Positions 14,180-29,670 are shown, counted from the stretch's first letter. The stretch: 64,000 nucleotides of DNA from Octopus vulgaris (GCA_951406725.2 OX597836.1:17422001-17486000); one strand, 5' to 3'. The notes: generated by a model from the sequence alone, not told the origin. Made by a program: numbers and translations.

Positions 14180-14875
14180 TGACTCTATCAGAGATCATCC
14201 ATGGTGTTATGATAATACAATCTTACTATTTTAATATGATTTAAATTAAAACTCTCTATTAAAAAAAATTTCTTGATAACATATGTTTCAAAATTTTGAC
14301 ACAAAGACATCAAGTTTGAGAGAGGGAGTAAGTCGATTACATTAACCCCAGTGGTAAACTGGTACTTATTTTATGGAACCTGAAAGAATGAAAGGCAAAG
14401 TCGACCTTGACCGAATTGGAAATCAGAACGCACAGACGGATGAAATGTCACTTAGCATTTTGTCCGCCGTACTAATGTTTCTGCCAGCTCGCCGACTTAT
14501 CCGAGCTTAATAATAATGTACAAATTATTTTTATAAATTCTTTGTTCTTTTGAAAATTAATTGTACCAAAAGGCAACGCGTTTTAAGAGAACTATGATAA
14601 CAAATCCGTTAGATATTGTATGACTATATCAGTTTATGTGTTCTGTAACTCACCAGAGAGCAGTCCTTGGTTCTAAGATACAAACTTTATGGTTTTAAAT
14701 GGGGCGAATTAATACCTTTCATGAAAATTTCTTGTTAATTTATGTTTCAATCACCAGTTTAATAACGACAAATTAATTTTATTGAATTATTCATTAGTTT
14801 TGAAATTAATTGAAACAAAGACATTACATTTCTATAACATTGTATTTCTATAAAAATACGTTTACGAAGTGTTAA
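14180..14875. mobile_element. Two diverged tandem copies of an AT-rich MITE-like repeat, the first interrupted by an old family-B SINE (14290-14495, minus)
   Basis: TGACT(C/A)TATCAG, AATTTCTTG..TATGTTTCAA and TTGAAA(A)TTAATTG..CAAA each occur twice. SINE motifs GAATGAAAGGCAAAGTCGACC and CTGCCAGCTCGCC lie within the first copy. Confidence 0.5.
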
Positions 14876-15114
14876 AGTTACACGTGTTCGGAATTTTCAG
14901 CCTCTAACACTCTAAACCATTATTCCAAGCACTGTAAGCGACGGAGATCCGTGTACTTTACACGTAATTTCCACATATACGGCGACACCCAAATATGTAC
15001 ACAAACGCATTTATACATACATACATATACACACTCACAAACATATATATATATAACTATATATTCATACACATATGTATATATATATGTAAGCATATAT
15101 AGACATATAATATG

Positions 15115-15158
<44 letters not shown>

Positions 15159-15199
15159 CATATATATATATATACATATACATATATATATATATACAT

Positions 15200-15252
<53 letters not shown>

Positions 15253-15284
15253 CATATACATATATATATATATATATGTATATG

Positions 15285-15340
<56 letters not shown>

Positions 15341-15572
15341 CATATATATATATATATATGTGTGTGTGTATACACATATATATATCTACACACAAAACCT
15401 AACACCTCCCACACACGCAACCACACACACGTTTCATAGACTCATAACAAGCGTGGCTTCATTAATAGGATTATAAGAGATAAAAAGTTTTATAGCCAGG
15501 AAAATATTCCAAAACAAATATCTAGATAATCTACACGAAAACCGTACTACTAGTTACTGTAGAATATGTTAC

Positions 15573-15614
15573 CTTAAGTTCCAGTGAGAGGGCGCTGTAA
15601 TCGCCGGCAGCCAT
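15573..15614 (-). other. Candidate first coding exon MAAGDYSALSLELK
   Basis: AAAACATGG Kozak context, 14 open codons, and a phase-0 donor AAG|GTAACA in a unique island. No homology recognised. Confidence 0.25.
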
Positions 15615-15913
15615 GTTTTATTAAACGCCATTTTCAAACGAACGTAGAATAGCAATCGTTTATATTATTTTTAATGGATACATTTTACGCGTTTTAAAAG
15701 ATTGTGTCGCATATTACATTTTCTCTCTTTCTTTTCCTCTTTCTTTTCAGTTTTTCTTTCTCTGTTTCTCTCTTTCTCTTTCTCTCTTATATTGCAAGTT
15801 ACAACATAAATTGCGAGAGTGTGTTTGTACATAGGTATGAATATATATTGTATCATACTTACATATACACTCACCGGCAGACCTATATATTGATATATGT
15901 ATATATATATATG

Positions 15914-16000
<87 letters not shown>

Positions 16001-16024
16001 GCATACATACATGCATACATACAT

Positions 16025-16060
<36 letters not shown>

Positions 16061-16327
16061 CCATATATATATATTTATATATATATAATTATATGTATAT
16101 AAAGATACGTTTACACATATTTGTGCGCATGTATATATGTACACAATCACTCACACACACACGTACACACGTAGATATATAAATATATTCAACCATACAC
16201 AAGCAAACATACACATGACAAATACACACACATTGATATATGTATACACAGTCGCACACTATAATAAAAATAAATGAATATCAATATATGTGTGTGTATA
16301 TGTGTGTGAGTATATCTAGCATATGTA

Positions 16328-16372
<45 letters not shown>

Positions 16373-16433
16373 CATATATATATATATATATATCATATAT
16401 ATTTATGTGCATACGGTTATAAATATCAAAATG

Positions 16434-16466
<33 letters not shown>

Positions 16467-16953
16467 GTGTAATAAATAAAATATATGCATACCTACAAAC
16501 ATATATGTACGTACCTACATCTACATGTATATATACATGCATATATAAATATATATACGTAAATATATATATATATGTGTGTGTGTGTGTGTATGTGTGT
16601 GTCTGCATACATATATGTGCATATATATAAATATATATATATGCATACATTCATAAATATATATATTAAAATTAAAGAAAACCATATATATTTTACGCAA
16701 GTATTCGCATAAATTTTCCCACTTAAGTTCATATACATAAAAAATATATGTATATGCGTGCGTATATCACGACTATTTATATGTATATGTACTGTAAATA
16801 GTGTATTTACCCATACCATGTACTGACTTGATTCGTAGACTTTTACACATTCAAACGTATACAAACGCATGGACGCGTATACACACAGGAACACTAATTA
16901 TGAAATAATATATTAAGATTTCAATACACGTGCGTACATAAAGAAACACCCCA

Positions 16954-16984
<31 letters not shown>

Positions 16985-17123
16985 CATTTTCATATATCTA
17001 TATCTATATATTTATATATATATTCTTTCATCTACATACATAGGTGTACACACGTATGCATACGAATATGTGTATACCTGTATATATGCACACGTATATA
17101 CATGAGTATGTCTGTCCATACAC

Positions 17124-17191
<68 letters not shown>

Positions 17192-17405
17192 TTATATATT
17201 TATTTATACATGTTCATGCTTATATATTCATGTATCCGTTTAAACCTATATATTTATAAGAACGTATGAATACAAGCATCTAAAAGACACACACACGCAC
17301 ACACACCACACCCACACACACACACGCATTCTTACTTTAAAATTTTTAATATCACTACATAAAGAACATCATTAGTCTGTATATTTATGCATATGTATAT
17401 GTGTG

Positions 17406-17451
<46 letters not shown>

Positions 17452-17459
17452 TATATATA

Positions 17460-17495
<36 letters not shown>

Positions 17496-17509
17496 TATAT
17501 ATATATTAC

Positions 17510-17541
<32 letters not shown>

Positions 17542-18238
17542 TATATATATATATATATATACATATATATATGTATGTATACATACATATATATATATGT
17601 ATATATATATATATATGTATGTATGTGTGTGTATGTGTGTGTGTGTGTGCGTGTGTGTGTGTATGCATGCATACATATATACATACATATATAATATATA
17701 ATTTTTATAATATATGCAGGCCAGCTTAGAGGCACGTAGGATATATTTAAAATCTATATGATTATAAAAAAAATGTAGTATGCATATACAAGAATATCTA
17801 ACGAGTATATAATATATCTCATATAATGTATATCCTATAAATTCCGAAATATATACTTTATAAAAGGTTAACGCTTCATTTATATTTCTCAAAGTTTTTA
17901 TACCATTGCTTTCTAAATAATATCGCTGACGATATATAAAACAGTTTTAGCTCGGTGAGGTTACAAGGCTCAGCCGCTATTTTTGTAACATTCCTCTGAG
18001 CTTTAACGTCTTTGCCTCCACAGGTGTTCTTAAGCGTGGCGTCTCTATGGTGATCAGTGTACGAGCGCGTGGACACAACACGCACGTGCATACATACGGT
18101 GGCCGTCTTACTGTCAGTCCGTTCTACAGCGGAAAACGTTTCTCTTGCCTAAGGTGCTACGCAGTGAGACCGAACTCGGAACCATGTGGTTGGGAAGCAA
18201 ACTTCTTACCACACAGTCACATATATAAATGTGTGTGT

Positions 18239-18280
<42 letters not shown>

Positions 18281-18348
18281 TATTAATAACAATAATAATA
18301 AAATAGTACTATAATGACAACCTTTTACTGTTTGTTCAAAATTATAAT

Positions 18349-18989
<641 letters not shown>

Positions 18990-18994
18990 CTCGT

Positions 18995-19165
18995 ATTTCT
19001 TTTACTTGTTTCAGTCATTTGATAGCGGCCATGCTGAAGCACTGCCTTTAGTCGAACAAATAAACCTCAGGACTTATTCTTTGTAAGCCTAGTACTTATT
19101 CTATCGTTCTCTTTTGTTGAACCGCTAGTTACGGGGACGTAATGGTGGGGGCACAAATACACACT
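18995..19165 (-). mobile_element. SINE family C, 3' fragment
   Basis: TTTTACTTGTTTCAGTCATTTG..GCGGCCATGCTG..GCCTAGTACTTATTCTATCG. Confidence 0.8.
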
Positions 19166-19399
19166 CACTTATACATTCATATATATATATACACATATAT
19201 ATATATATATAATGGTATATATATATATACATGGTACCATTATATATATATATATCTTAGAAGGTTTGGAGGTGATGTGCAGGTATCATATATGAGAAGA
19301 AATCAGGTACTCAGAAATCTGGATGGTTTTATATTTACAGATTTTTATTAATATGACACATTTTCATTAATATGCCACATGTTAGCTGATATATTACAG

Positions 19400-21385
19400 T
19401 TGCAAAAGGAAAAGTAACAACAGCAGCAGGAGTTGCACCAACAACTACAACAGCAACAACTATGACACAGTCAGTTGCTGGAACTAATGTTGATGTCGGG
19501 AAACACCGCAAGTTCGTTTTCGTCAGACGGCGTAGCGAATGCTATAACTGAACTTAGTTATAACCCAGAAGAGGGTATAACGTTTTCCCCGTACTTCAGA
19601 AGATACGAAGAAATCTTCAAGGACGAATGCAAGTGTTGGACAGACGATGAAAAAGTGAGACTACTCTTATGGAAACTAGGCTCTTCAGAACATGAAAAAT
19701 ACGGTAATTTTATCTTGCCTAATAAGCAAGTGAAATTTGTTTCGAGGAAATAATTGAATTGCTATCCCAAATGTTTAGCGATAAGAGTTCCCTGTTTGAA
19801 CCTAGCAAAAGGAGAGGATGAAGATTTTGTCAGTTATGCTGGAATCGTAAAAAAATGTGCGAAAAATTTAAACTGAAGGAATTATTTCCTGACACGTTTA
19901 AATGGTTCATCTTTGTGCAAGGTTTGATGACAAACGAAGATGCAGAAATACGTGCACAGATTCTTACAAAACCAGAACAAAAGGCCTGGACTTTAACTCT
20001 GCAGGTTGTAGCAGCGGAAGGTAAAATAATTATCAACCTATGACAGGACGTAAAGAAAACTGAAGAGTACAGACATGTCGACCAGTAATAAATAAAGAAA
20101 AAAAGAATGCTATGATAAAATCCATGCTATGTGTGTGTGTGCAGGTTTGCACTTTAAGAAAGACTGTCCATTAAAATTAAAAGTATTTAGTTGTCAAAAA
20201 AATAGGACATAAAAACTGGAAGCGCATAGCGAAGCAAAAAAGGCCAGAAAAAAATTGTTCTAAAAAATATTTGCCCAACGGAAAGTCATGACGACGCTAA
20301 AAAGAGAAAAGAAAGTATGTGTATGTAAAAATAAACGACGTGAACGTGAAACTACAACTAGACATAGGTAGCGACATTTATTGATACTGACATTTATTGA
20401 TACAATTATTGATATCGACAGATGGAACAAAATTGGGAAATCTACATTAACGAAAACATCAAAAAGTGCACGAGGTGTCACAGGTGAAAGATTACACTTC
20501 TGAGGAGAAATGGTAAGCGACATTAAATTTCGTAGTAAAACCTGTAAAACAAAGGTATTTGTGTTAAACAATGCAAATAAACTTGTACGATACTGACTGG
20601 ATGGATAAATCTGTTCTGTATAAACATAAATGATTGTTCCTTCAGTAAGAATAAGGCATCAGATGAAGTGAAGAAAAAATTAAAAAATGCTTTTCGTGAA
20701 GTGCTGTCGGATAAATTAGGCTCGTGTACTAAGACTGAGGTATGTTTCCAAATGAAGGAAAACGCAATAGCAGTGTTCGAATCAAAAAGAACGGTACCTT
20801 TTGCTGCGATAAAACATGTCGATGAAGAATTAGGCAGATTAGAGAAAATTGGAGTCATCCAAAAAGTGTAAGAGGCAAAATTGGCAGCTAAACGGTGTGT
20901 ATTAAAAAAAAAGAATAACAAAATCAAGGTGTGTGCCGATTTTTCCACTGGCTAGAACGAATGTCTCAAACCGTGTCACTATCCGCTACCTAATCCGGAG
21001 GATATTTTTGCGAAGTTAAACGGGTTCAAAATGTTCTCGAAACTGGATCTCTCCGATGCGTACCTACAAATTAGAGAATTAGAGTAGACGAGGAATGCTC
21101 AAAATACCTAACGGGGAATACGCATAAAGAACTATTTAGATATAATAGATTACCATTTAGTGTAAAGGTTGCACCGCCACTTTTTTTTAATAGGTTATGG
21201 ATGCAATGTTATCGGACTGTGAATTTGCAACTGCGTACCTGGATGATATATTAATTAAAAGTGAATCCCGTGATCAGCATGTCGAGCATGTAAAATGTGT
21301 TTTTGAAAAAAATAAGAAATTACGGTTTCACACTCAGTGAGGAAAAAATGTGTATTTTCTTACCTAAAATTAAGTATCTAGGACC
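19400..21385 (+). pseudogene. Decayed Ty3/Gypsy (K02A2.6-like) LTR retrotransposon gag-protease-RT
   Basis: Gag-like YNPEEGITFSPYFRRYEEIF..EKVRLLL.KLG..EHEKY and a CCHC-like remnant (..GLHFKKDCP). Protease VKLQLDIGSD at about 20346-20375. RT IKVCADFSTG..YPLPNPEDIFAKLNG..FSKLDLSDAYLQI and AYLDDILI at about 21233. Multiple stops and frameshifts; no RNase H or integrase seen. Confidence 0.88.
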
Positions 21386-22230
21386 TGACAATTGTTGGCA
21401 GAGTATTTGGGAATACATCAAGTGAAGACAGTTGGGGTCTATCCCATTCCGTGGTACGATATATCACACTGTGTTAATGCACGGCACTAAGGTGACATAT
21501 ACAGAAACCAGGTTATATAAGAATCAAAAGCTAATATCTTAAATATTAGGTATGAAACCTTTTCTTCCGCTACGCATAAGCAACATTTTACATTTGGATA
21601 TTCGAACCTCACACTACACCGATCCAACCAGGATATATTTTTCTCTCAGAACATGTACATGAAAGATATGCATCATTGTGAACTTCATACACAGAAGATA
21701 CGTGCTCTCACGCTGAGCTGTCTCATTACACAAATATAAGGCCATTAAACATACCATGGAAATTACATGATATAAACAAACTTATTCAACTTCACCAAAA
21801 CCTTACAAATTCGACGTTGAATTGCATAACTTTCTTGCAGTTGTAATATTTATGCAAGTATGCAGATGCAAAATTATTGATACTTCAATTTTTCTCACAA
21901 GAGAAATCCAAGGATAGAAAAACTCCTTTTGATTTCTGGCTTTTGTTTACCGAAAACCTATCGTGCGATCTCATTGGAGCTTTCTGTGACTTTTTGTGTT
22001 TTAATCCAAACCGGAGACGAACCACAATTTCTATGTGATAGGATTGAACAATTGTGAAGTATTTCTAAACATGAAACCAATGGTAACCTTCATACAAAAA
22101 TAAAGAATCGTTATCCACCAGTGCAGTATTGAGCACTCACTCTCATCATTCGATATTTACGTGTATACCCCACTCCACATATATGTATATGTATATATAT
22201 ATATGTATATATATATCTATATATGTATAG

Positions 22231-22267
<37 letters not shown>

Positions 22268-22616
22268 CATACATATACACAGATATCATCATACCACCAG
22301 ACGACGTCTCTACAGACATACCTTAGGCTATATATTTCACTTGATTTCACATCAAAACTCTGTAAAGACGTGCTTTTTTGCTTTTTCTTTTAAATATTAA
22401 TGGTGTATTTTTGTTGCTTCTTTGTTATTTGATATATTTATTCCCAAAGGTGACTCTGCTGTGCCAGTTTGGCGTGTGTTACTCTTACAGCGTTAGTCTT
22501 GTTAATGAGCTGTGACATTATTTCTCTGAAAGCCCTCTCATTTATACATACACACATACATACATATGTGTGTGTATACATACATACATACATACATATG
22601 TGTGTGTATACATACA

Positions 22617-22672
<56 letters not shown>

Positions 22673-22710
22673 CATGTAAATATATGAGTATACATATACA
22701 TATACGTATA

Positions 22711-22959
22711 TCTTTTATTCTGTTACTTGTTTCAGTCTTTTGATAGCGGCCATGCTGGAGCACCGCCTTTAGTCCAACAAATCGACCCCAAGACTTATTC
22801 TTTGTGCGCCTAGTACTTATTCTATCAGTCTCTTTTGCGAAACCGCTAAGTTACGTAAACATACAAACATCAGTTGTCAAGCTATGGTGGGGAGACAAAC
22901 ACAGACACAAATACATATATACATACATACATACATACATACATACATACATACATACA

Positions 22960-22992
<33 letters not shown>

Positions 22993-23203
22993 GTATATAT
23001 ATACATATGTATATATATAAATATGTATATATATACATATATATACGACGAGTTTCTTTCAGTTTCCGTTTACCAAATCCACTCACAAGGCTTTGGTCAG
23101 CCCGAGGCTATAATAGAAGACACCTTGCCCAAGGAGCCACACAGTGGGACTGAACCGGGATCTATGTGGTTGGAATGCAAGCTTCTTAACATACAGTTAC
23201 TCC
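22711..23203 (-). mobile_element. SINE family C (CORE-like CCTTGGGCAAG), full length with expanded internal (TACA)n
   Basis: Colinear with 27485-27870 in reverse orientation. Confidence 0.88.
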
Positions 23204-23437
23204 ATATATATATTTACAAATATACATACAAACATACATAAAAACTCACACACATATCCGTTATCATTTTCTTAGTTCGACCATTGGACTGCGGCCAGGC
23301 TGGGGCACAGCGTTGAAGAATTTCAGTCGAATCGACCCCAACGCATAATTTTTCAAGCCTGTTACTTATTGTATCGGTGCATTTGTCCTACCGTTAGATT
23401 ATAGGACACGCACACACATACAAACACTTACATACAT

Positions 23438-23474
<37 letters not shown>

Positions 23475-23497
23475 GATGAACATACATATATATATAT

Positions 23498-23575
<78 letters not shown>

Positions 23576-23625
23576 GTATGTATGTATATATATATATATA
23601 TGTATATGTATGTATATCTCTATGG

Positions 23626-23753
<128 letters not shown>

Positions 23754-23929
23754 TAATAAAAAGGGTTCAGCAAAGAATTGCCTCACCACACACCGAAGTT
23801 CAGAAATAGCAGCCAAAAATCTTAGCCATTTCTTCTACTTTAAAAAGGGTCTTCCAGAGAAACCATAATACTTGAAGGTTATTCACACAGGCAGAGAGTA
23901 AAGTAATGAAAATCAATCAATATCCGATC

Positions 23930-24018
23930 ATCCATAGACGCGCGTTTCTGAATTAGGTTTTTACATAAAGAATATAAAAAAATATACTTTACTAACCATA
24001 TTCTTCATCAGTATGGAT
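23930..24018 (-). ncRNA. Type I hammerhead ribozyme motif (copy 1)
   Basis: Minus strand reads ATCCATA-CTGATGA-A-GAAT.TGGTT...AACCT.ATTC-A-GAAAC-GCGC-GTC-TATGGAT. Stem I is 7 bp and stem/loop III is the palindrome ACGCGCGT. Predicted cut between 23937 and 23936. Confidence 0.78.
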
Positions 24019-24503
24019 TTTCTGTAATAATCCGAAGGTACTAGAACATTTGAACAATATTTCCATATAACGACGTTAAGCTCATCTCCAATGTTAGTAC
24101 CGCCAAATTCAAAATACGAATGAGAATCGCTTAGCCTCCCCGCCTTTCCACGTGTGTCTTCAAGTAAAATGCTACAGAAAAAATCAGCAGCATGTTCTCA
24201 GGGAGAAAATTCTATTATCAATAATAACAAAGGGTAAAATTAATTAATTAAAAGAAGTAATCAATAACTTTCACCAAGTAGAATTCGGTATGAAAACAGG
24301 ACCGTTACACGGTAAATTTTAGTAATACTAATAAAAAGGGTTCAGCAAAGAATTGCCTCACCACACACCGAAGTTCAGAAATAGCAGCCAAAAATCTTAG
24401 CCATTTCTTCTACTTTAAAAGGGTCTTCCAGAGAAACCATAATACTTGAAGGTTATTCACACAGGCAGAAAGTAAAGTAATGAAAATCAATCAATATCCG
24501 ATC

Positions 24504-24592
24504 ATCCATAGACGCGCGTTTCTGAATTAGGTTTTTACATAAAGAATATAAAAGAATATACTTTACTAACCATATTCTTCATCAGTATAGAT
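24504..24592 (-). ncRNA. Type I hammerhead ribozyme motif (copy 2)
   Basis: Same as copy 1, except stem I is ATCTATA/TATGGAT with one U-G wobble. Predicted cut between 24511 and 24510. Confidence 0.75.
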
Positions 24593-24626
24593 TTTCTGTA
24601 ATATATATGTATATACATATATATAT

Positions 24627-24736
<110 letters not shown>

Positions 24737-24974
24737 ATTCACGTGTGTAGGAAAAAGACATCTATATGCGTAACTCCATCGGAAATACACACGCATACAC
24801 AAATACACACACACACACACGCATAGACATGTATACACCTTTATCAATAAAAGAACAACAATGATTTATGTGAAATAATAAGAATATTACTAGTGATGAT
24901 GTTGTTGACGATCTTAATGAGAATGGTGACGATGTGGACGACGACGACGACGGCGATGACAATGATGATGATAA

Positions 24975-25440
<466 letters not shown>

Positions 25441-25456
25441 AATAATGATGATGATT

Positions 25457-25493
<37 letters not shown>

Positions 25494-25527
25494 GGATGAT
25501 GATGATATAATAATAATAATAATGATG

Positions 25528-25606
<79 letters not shown>

Positions 25607-25729
25607 TGATAATGATGATGATGATGATGATGATGATAATGATAAAATTGATGAGATAATGGCGAGAAAAATAAAAATAAAATAGTAGTAGTAATAATAA
25701 TACAAGAATAATAATGAAAGAGTAGCAAC

Positions 25730-25760
<31 letters not shown>

Positions 25761-25847
25761 ATAATAATAATAATAATAATTATTATTATTATTACCATTT
25801 CTATGTTTTATTAATAACACTACTACAACAGCAAAAACAACAACAAC

Positions 25848-25879
<32 letters not shown>

Positions 25880-26118
25880 ATAATAATAATGCTAACCATA
25901 ACAATATAAACATAAATAGTATTAATTCCTTGTGATATAGTTGAAATAATGGTAAAACCGTTATTGGTGGATGTCTTTGAAATGTGTCTTTAGTGGTTCC
26001 AAATTGGTTTGTCCAGTTATGCATCACCTTACATATGGCCACACACACCTGTGTATGTATTTGCTAGCCTATACATACATATACATATATATACATTTAT
26101 ATATGTATATACATATAC

Positions 26119-26188
<70 letters not shown>

Positions 26189-27484
26189 ACATACACACAT
26201 ACGCACACACACCACACGCATACATATGCACATACTCAAATATATTATACATATTTGTGTGAATGTATATAAATTGTTATAGATGTGTGTACCTATACTA
26301 ATATGTACGTATGTAATAATTTTAATTTATATTTGTACATTCATATGAATATATATTTACGTATATCTACGTATACATATAATGGTATATGTATATATAT
26401 ATATATAGACATATATGTATATATATATATTAGACATACATGCACAACACACACACACACACACACGCACACGCACACATGTATGTATGCATATATGCAA
26501 ACTTTCTAATCCCATTCACGCGTTATGTACACGTTATGTACCAATGTTTACTAATTAGTAAAGACAACATTACAAGAATATTATTACACTTTGTTACTGC
26601 ATTAATTAATCAGCTTTGGATAATTAGATTCAAATTATAAATACATTATTACATTAATTATGCCACACACATGCACACACACACACAATCTCTCTCACAT
26701 AAACGCATACACACATAAGAGGCTATCGTTAAATATATTCTGATATATACACATCACTTTCTCGGGAAAGTGGTCGTACGTTCAAATTTCGTAACGCCCA
26801 TTTTTCTTAAAAGAAAAAGAAGAGATTGGGTTATTAACATGGATGTTTAAGCACTAATGCTCCCTTCACGTTAACAGACAACTTTCTATATATTTCACTC
26901 AGTATCCTTGGAATAGATCCTACATGTTCCGTAAATCCAACCAGAATGTCTTAAGAAAATGAAGAGACGCAGGAGTGGTTGTGTGGTAAGTAGCTTGCTT
27001 ACCACGCATGCGTGAGTTTCTCAGTCACATACGAGGATGAACACTGTCAAGACGTGCTTGGAAGCTGTCTTGAATTAAAGGACCGTTGACTGCAAGGCAA
27101 GCATCTGTCTTTTTAGGGATTCGGTTGGGACTTTATATTTTTTGACATTGTTTTTTTTCTCGAATAAGAAATCCTCACTGGGTCCTAGACATTTGTCTGC
27201 TGCGGTCGCGCCGAGTGACTCACTTAGCTGTGAGAATTGTTGTTAAGGGCACACGTATCTGTGGAGTGTTCAGCTACTGGCACGTTAAGTTCATGAGCGG
27301 CTGTATCGTTGATCGGATCAACTGGAACCGGCATCATCGTAATAGACAGGTACCAGTTATGTACACACACGCGCACACATATAGATACACGTATATGAGC
27401 TTACACACACACACAAACACACATTCATCATATATATATATATTCATCATATACATATATATGTATACATATATTCATTATTCC

Positions 27485-27870
27485 AGGAGTGGCTGTGTGG
27501 TAAGTAGCTTGCTTACCAACCACATGGTTCGGGGTTCAGTCCCACTGCGTGGCACTTTGGGTAAGTGTCTTGTACTATAGCCTCGGGCCGACCAAAGCCT
27601 TGTGAGCGGATTTGGTAGACGGAAACTGAAAGACGCCTGTCGTGTATACGTTTATATATATGTGTGTGTTTGTCCTCCCAACATCGCTTGACAACCGATG
27701 CTGGTGTGTTCACGTCTCCTTAACTTAGCGGTTCGGAAAAAGAGACCGATAGAATAAGTACTAGGCTTACAAAGTCCTGGGGTCGATTTGCTCGACTAAA
27801 GGCAGTGCTCCAGCATGGTCGTAGTCAAATGACTGAAGCAAGTAAAAGAGTAAAAGAGTAAGAGTAAGAG
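27485..27870 (+). mobile_element. SINE family C, full length
   Basis: Head AGGAGTGGCTGTGTGGTAAG..GGGTTCAGTCCC (A/B-box-like), CORE-like TTGGG(C/T)AAGTGTCTT, internal (TA/TG)n, and tail CAGCATGG..GTCAAATGACTGAA.CAAG(TAAAAGAG)n. Confidence 0.9.
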
Positions 27871-27919
27871 TATATTCACTACACACACACACACACACAC
27901 ATATATATTCATCATATAT

Positions 27920-28164
27920 ATTCTCTCAAAGAGTCTGAGGAATTTGCACAAAGTAGATGTAGCAGTTTTTAAATCAAAGCTGGACATCTTCCTGTCGAGA
28001 GTCCCAGATGAACCTACCTCACGGCCAGAGGTGCAAATGAGAGTAGCTCTGTCAAGCTCCATTCTACACAAAGTGCCACATATTAGGAGGAGGTTCTCCG
28101 TAATAACAGTGTAGCACAAAACGGCGGTGCATCAGCATGGCCGCAGCTCTGAGCTGAAACAAGC

Positions 28165-28180
<16 letters not shown>
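27920..28180 (+). mobile_element. CR1-type LINE 3' end (ORF2 C-terminus plus tail)
   Basis: Translates LRNLHKVDVAVFKSKLDIFLSRVPDEP, matching the FKxxLDxFL..PDEP motif of invertebrate CR1 ORF2 ends. Followed by GGCGGTGCATCAGCATGGCCGCAGCTCTGAGCTGAAACAAG and poly-A. Confidence 0.75.
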
Positions 28181-28196
<16 letters not shown>

Positions 28197-28331
28197 TATG
28201 TCGTCAATTCGACATGTTAGATTCCCATTAGGGATTATATAATCCCCCAAATTCCACAGGTTAATTACTATCATACAATGGGAAAGACTCTGTGATATGT
28301 TAGGGGTTATTGTAGTAATACATATTATTAA

Positions 28332-28472
28332 TATTGAAAGAAAGAAAGTGGAGAAAGATGGATGTATGAATAATTTATTTGTATAGATATTTTAAAAAAA
28401 GAATTCAACATCTTCAAATCATACAAATAAATTATTCATAAATCCATTTTTATCCATTATTTTTCTTTCAAT
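28332..28472. repeat. Inverted repeat
   Basis: TATTGAAAGAAA..ATGGATGTATGAATAATTTATTTGTAT pairs with ATACAAATAAATTATTCATAAATCCAT..TTTCTTTCAATA. Confidence 0.8.
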
Positions 28473-28744
28473 ATATATATATAGAGAGCGTGCATACCGA
28501 TATAAACATTGGCAAAAACACACCTTTAGTTCATATAAGTAATCTCTATCATTATATATAATTTAAACATTAATTTCCTTTTATATTTAACATTCACTAA
28601 AAAAAATCCCTCCTCTTTCTATAGGCTACTTCTGACGTTATATCATATAACGTTTTTTCAAACAATATTAATAGAATTCAGTAAATCACTATAAATATCC
28701 ATCATTTTCTGTTAAAATTTCTTATTGACAAGTTTCATTTCTTC

Positions 28745-28820
28745 ACTTCCTTGAAGAGATTACATTGTTTTATTCTTTTGGAATAATATCAGTGAAATTT
28801 TCGAAACATGTGTCGGAAGT
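28745..28820 (+). ncRNA. Type I hammerhead-like motif (U3 variant)
   Basis: ACTTCC-TTGAAGA-[G..TTATTC TTTTG GAATAA..C]-GAAAC-ATGT-GTC-GGAAGT, with a 6-bp stem I. Confidence 0.6.
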
Positions 28821-28947
28821 AAAAGTATTTGAATTATACCTGCGTTAAACTCCATTTATTTATTTACATATTATACAAAAAATTCCACATAAACCCGAAG
28901 TTTCTACCTTTAAAAACAAGGAGTTACAACCTTTTTACTTTTTACAG

Positions 28948-29197
28948 GAAAAATTTGGTATATTTTTAATTGCAGGTTACAGTTGTTTCATAATAGAATA
29001 GGAGTTACAAAAGTTACATATAGACAAACATGTATAAAATCTCCTGTCCGTTCTTCTTCTGACAAAGATTAAGAAATAAAACCTTTTTAAATCCGAAGAA
29101 TTACGAATGGGCGCGGTTTCTCTACATGTATACATTTGTAACTCCTATTCTGTAATGTAACACGTGTAATATGGAATTAGTATATACCAAATTTTTT
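28948..29197. repeat. Inverted repeat
   Basis: AAATTTGGTATA..AGAATAGGAGTTACAAA pairs with TTTGTAACTCCTATTCT..TATACCAAATTT. Confidence 0.75.
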
Positions 29198-29411
29198 CTA
29201 GTCTTTTGTTTTGATATGTAATTATCCTGCAAATAGAATTTACTAGAAATTTCAAATGTTATGTATGCCTCATTTAAGATAAAACATCTAATTAGATACA
29301 TTTGTTTCCTGAAATATGATGTGCTTCACAAGGACACAGTTTGATTTATAACCTCTTCCATAAACTGTGTGTGTGGATGCGTGTATGTGTGTGAATGTGT
29401 GTTTTTGTGTT

Positions 29412-29451
<40 letters not shown>

Positions 29452-29453
<2 letters not shown>

Positions 29454-29670
29454 CGAAGGGATGCTGAAATATTCATGCCTTTAAGGGTGTCGCAAAAGGC
29501 TTGGTTGGAGACCCAATATTCCGAGTTTTTTACACGGCTTAGAAAAACCGAAGGACCGCTGCAATAAGTGTGTGAATCTGAGAGGGGAATATATTACATA
29601 AAATCATAACTAACTGATCCTCCTGTATTTTCTTTTACCCAAAACTAGGAACTTTTCAGCATACCTGCGT
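29452..29670 (+). mobile_element. Mariner-derived MITE
   Basis: Degenerate TIRs TACGAAGGGATGCTGAAATATTC and GGAACTTTTCAGCATACCTGCGT. Internal DRCNKCVNLRGEY matches a mariner C-terminus. Confidence 0.75.
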
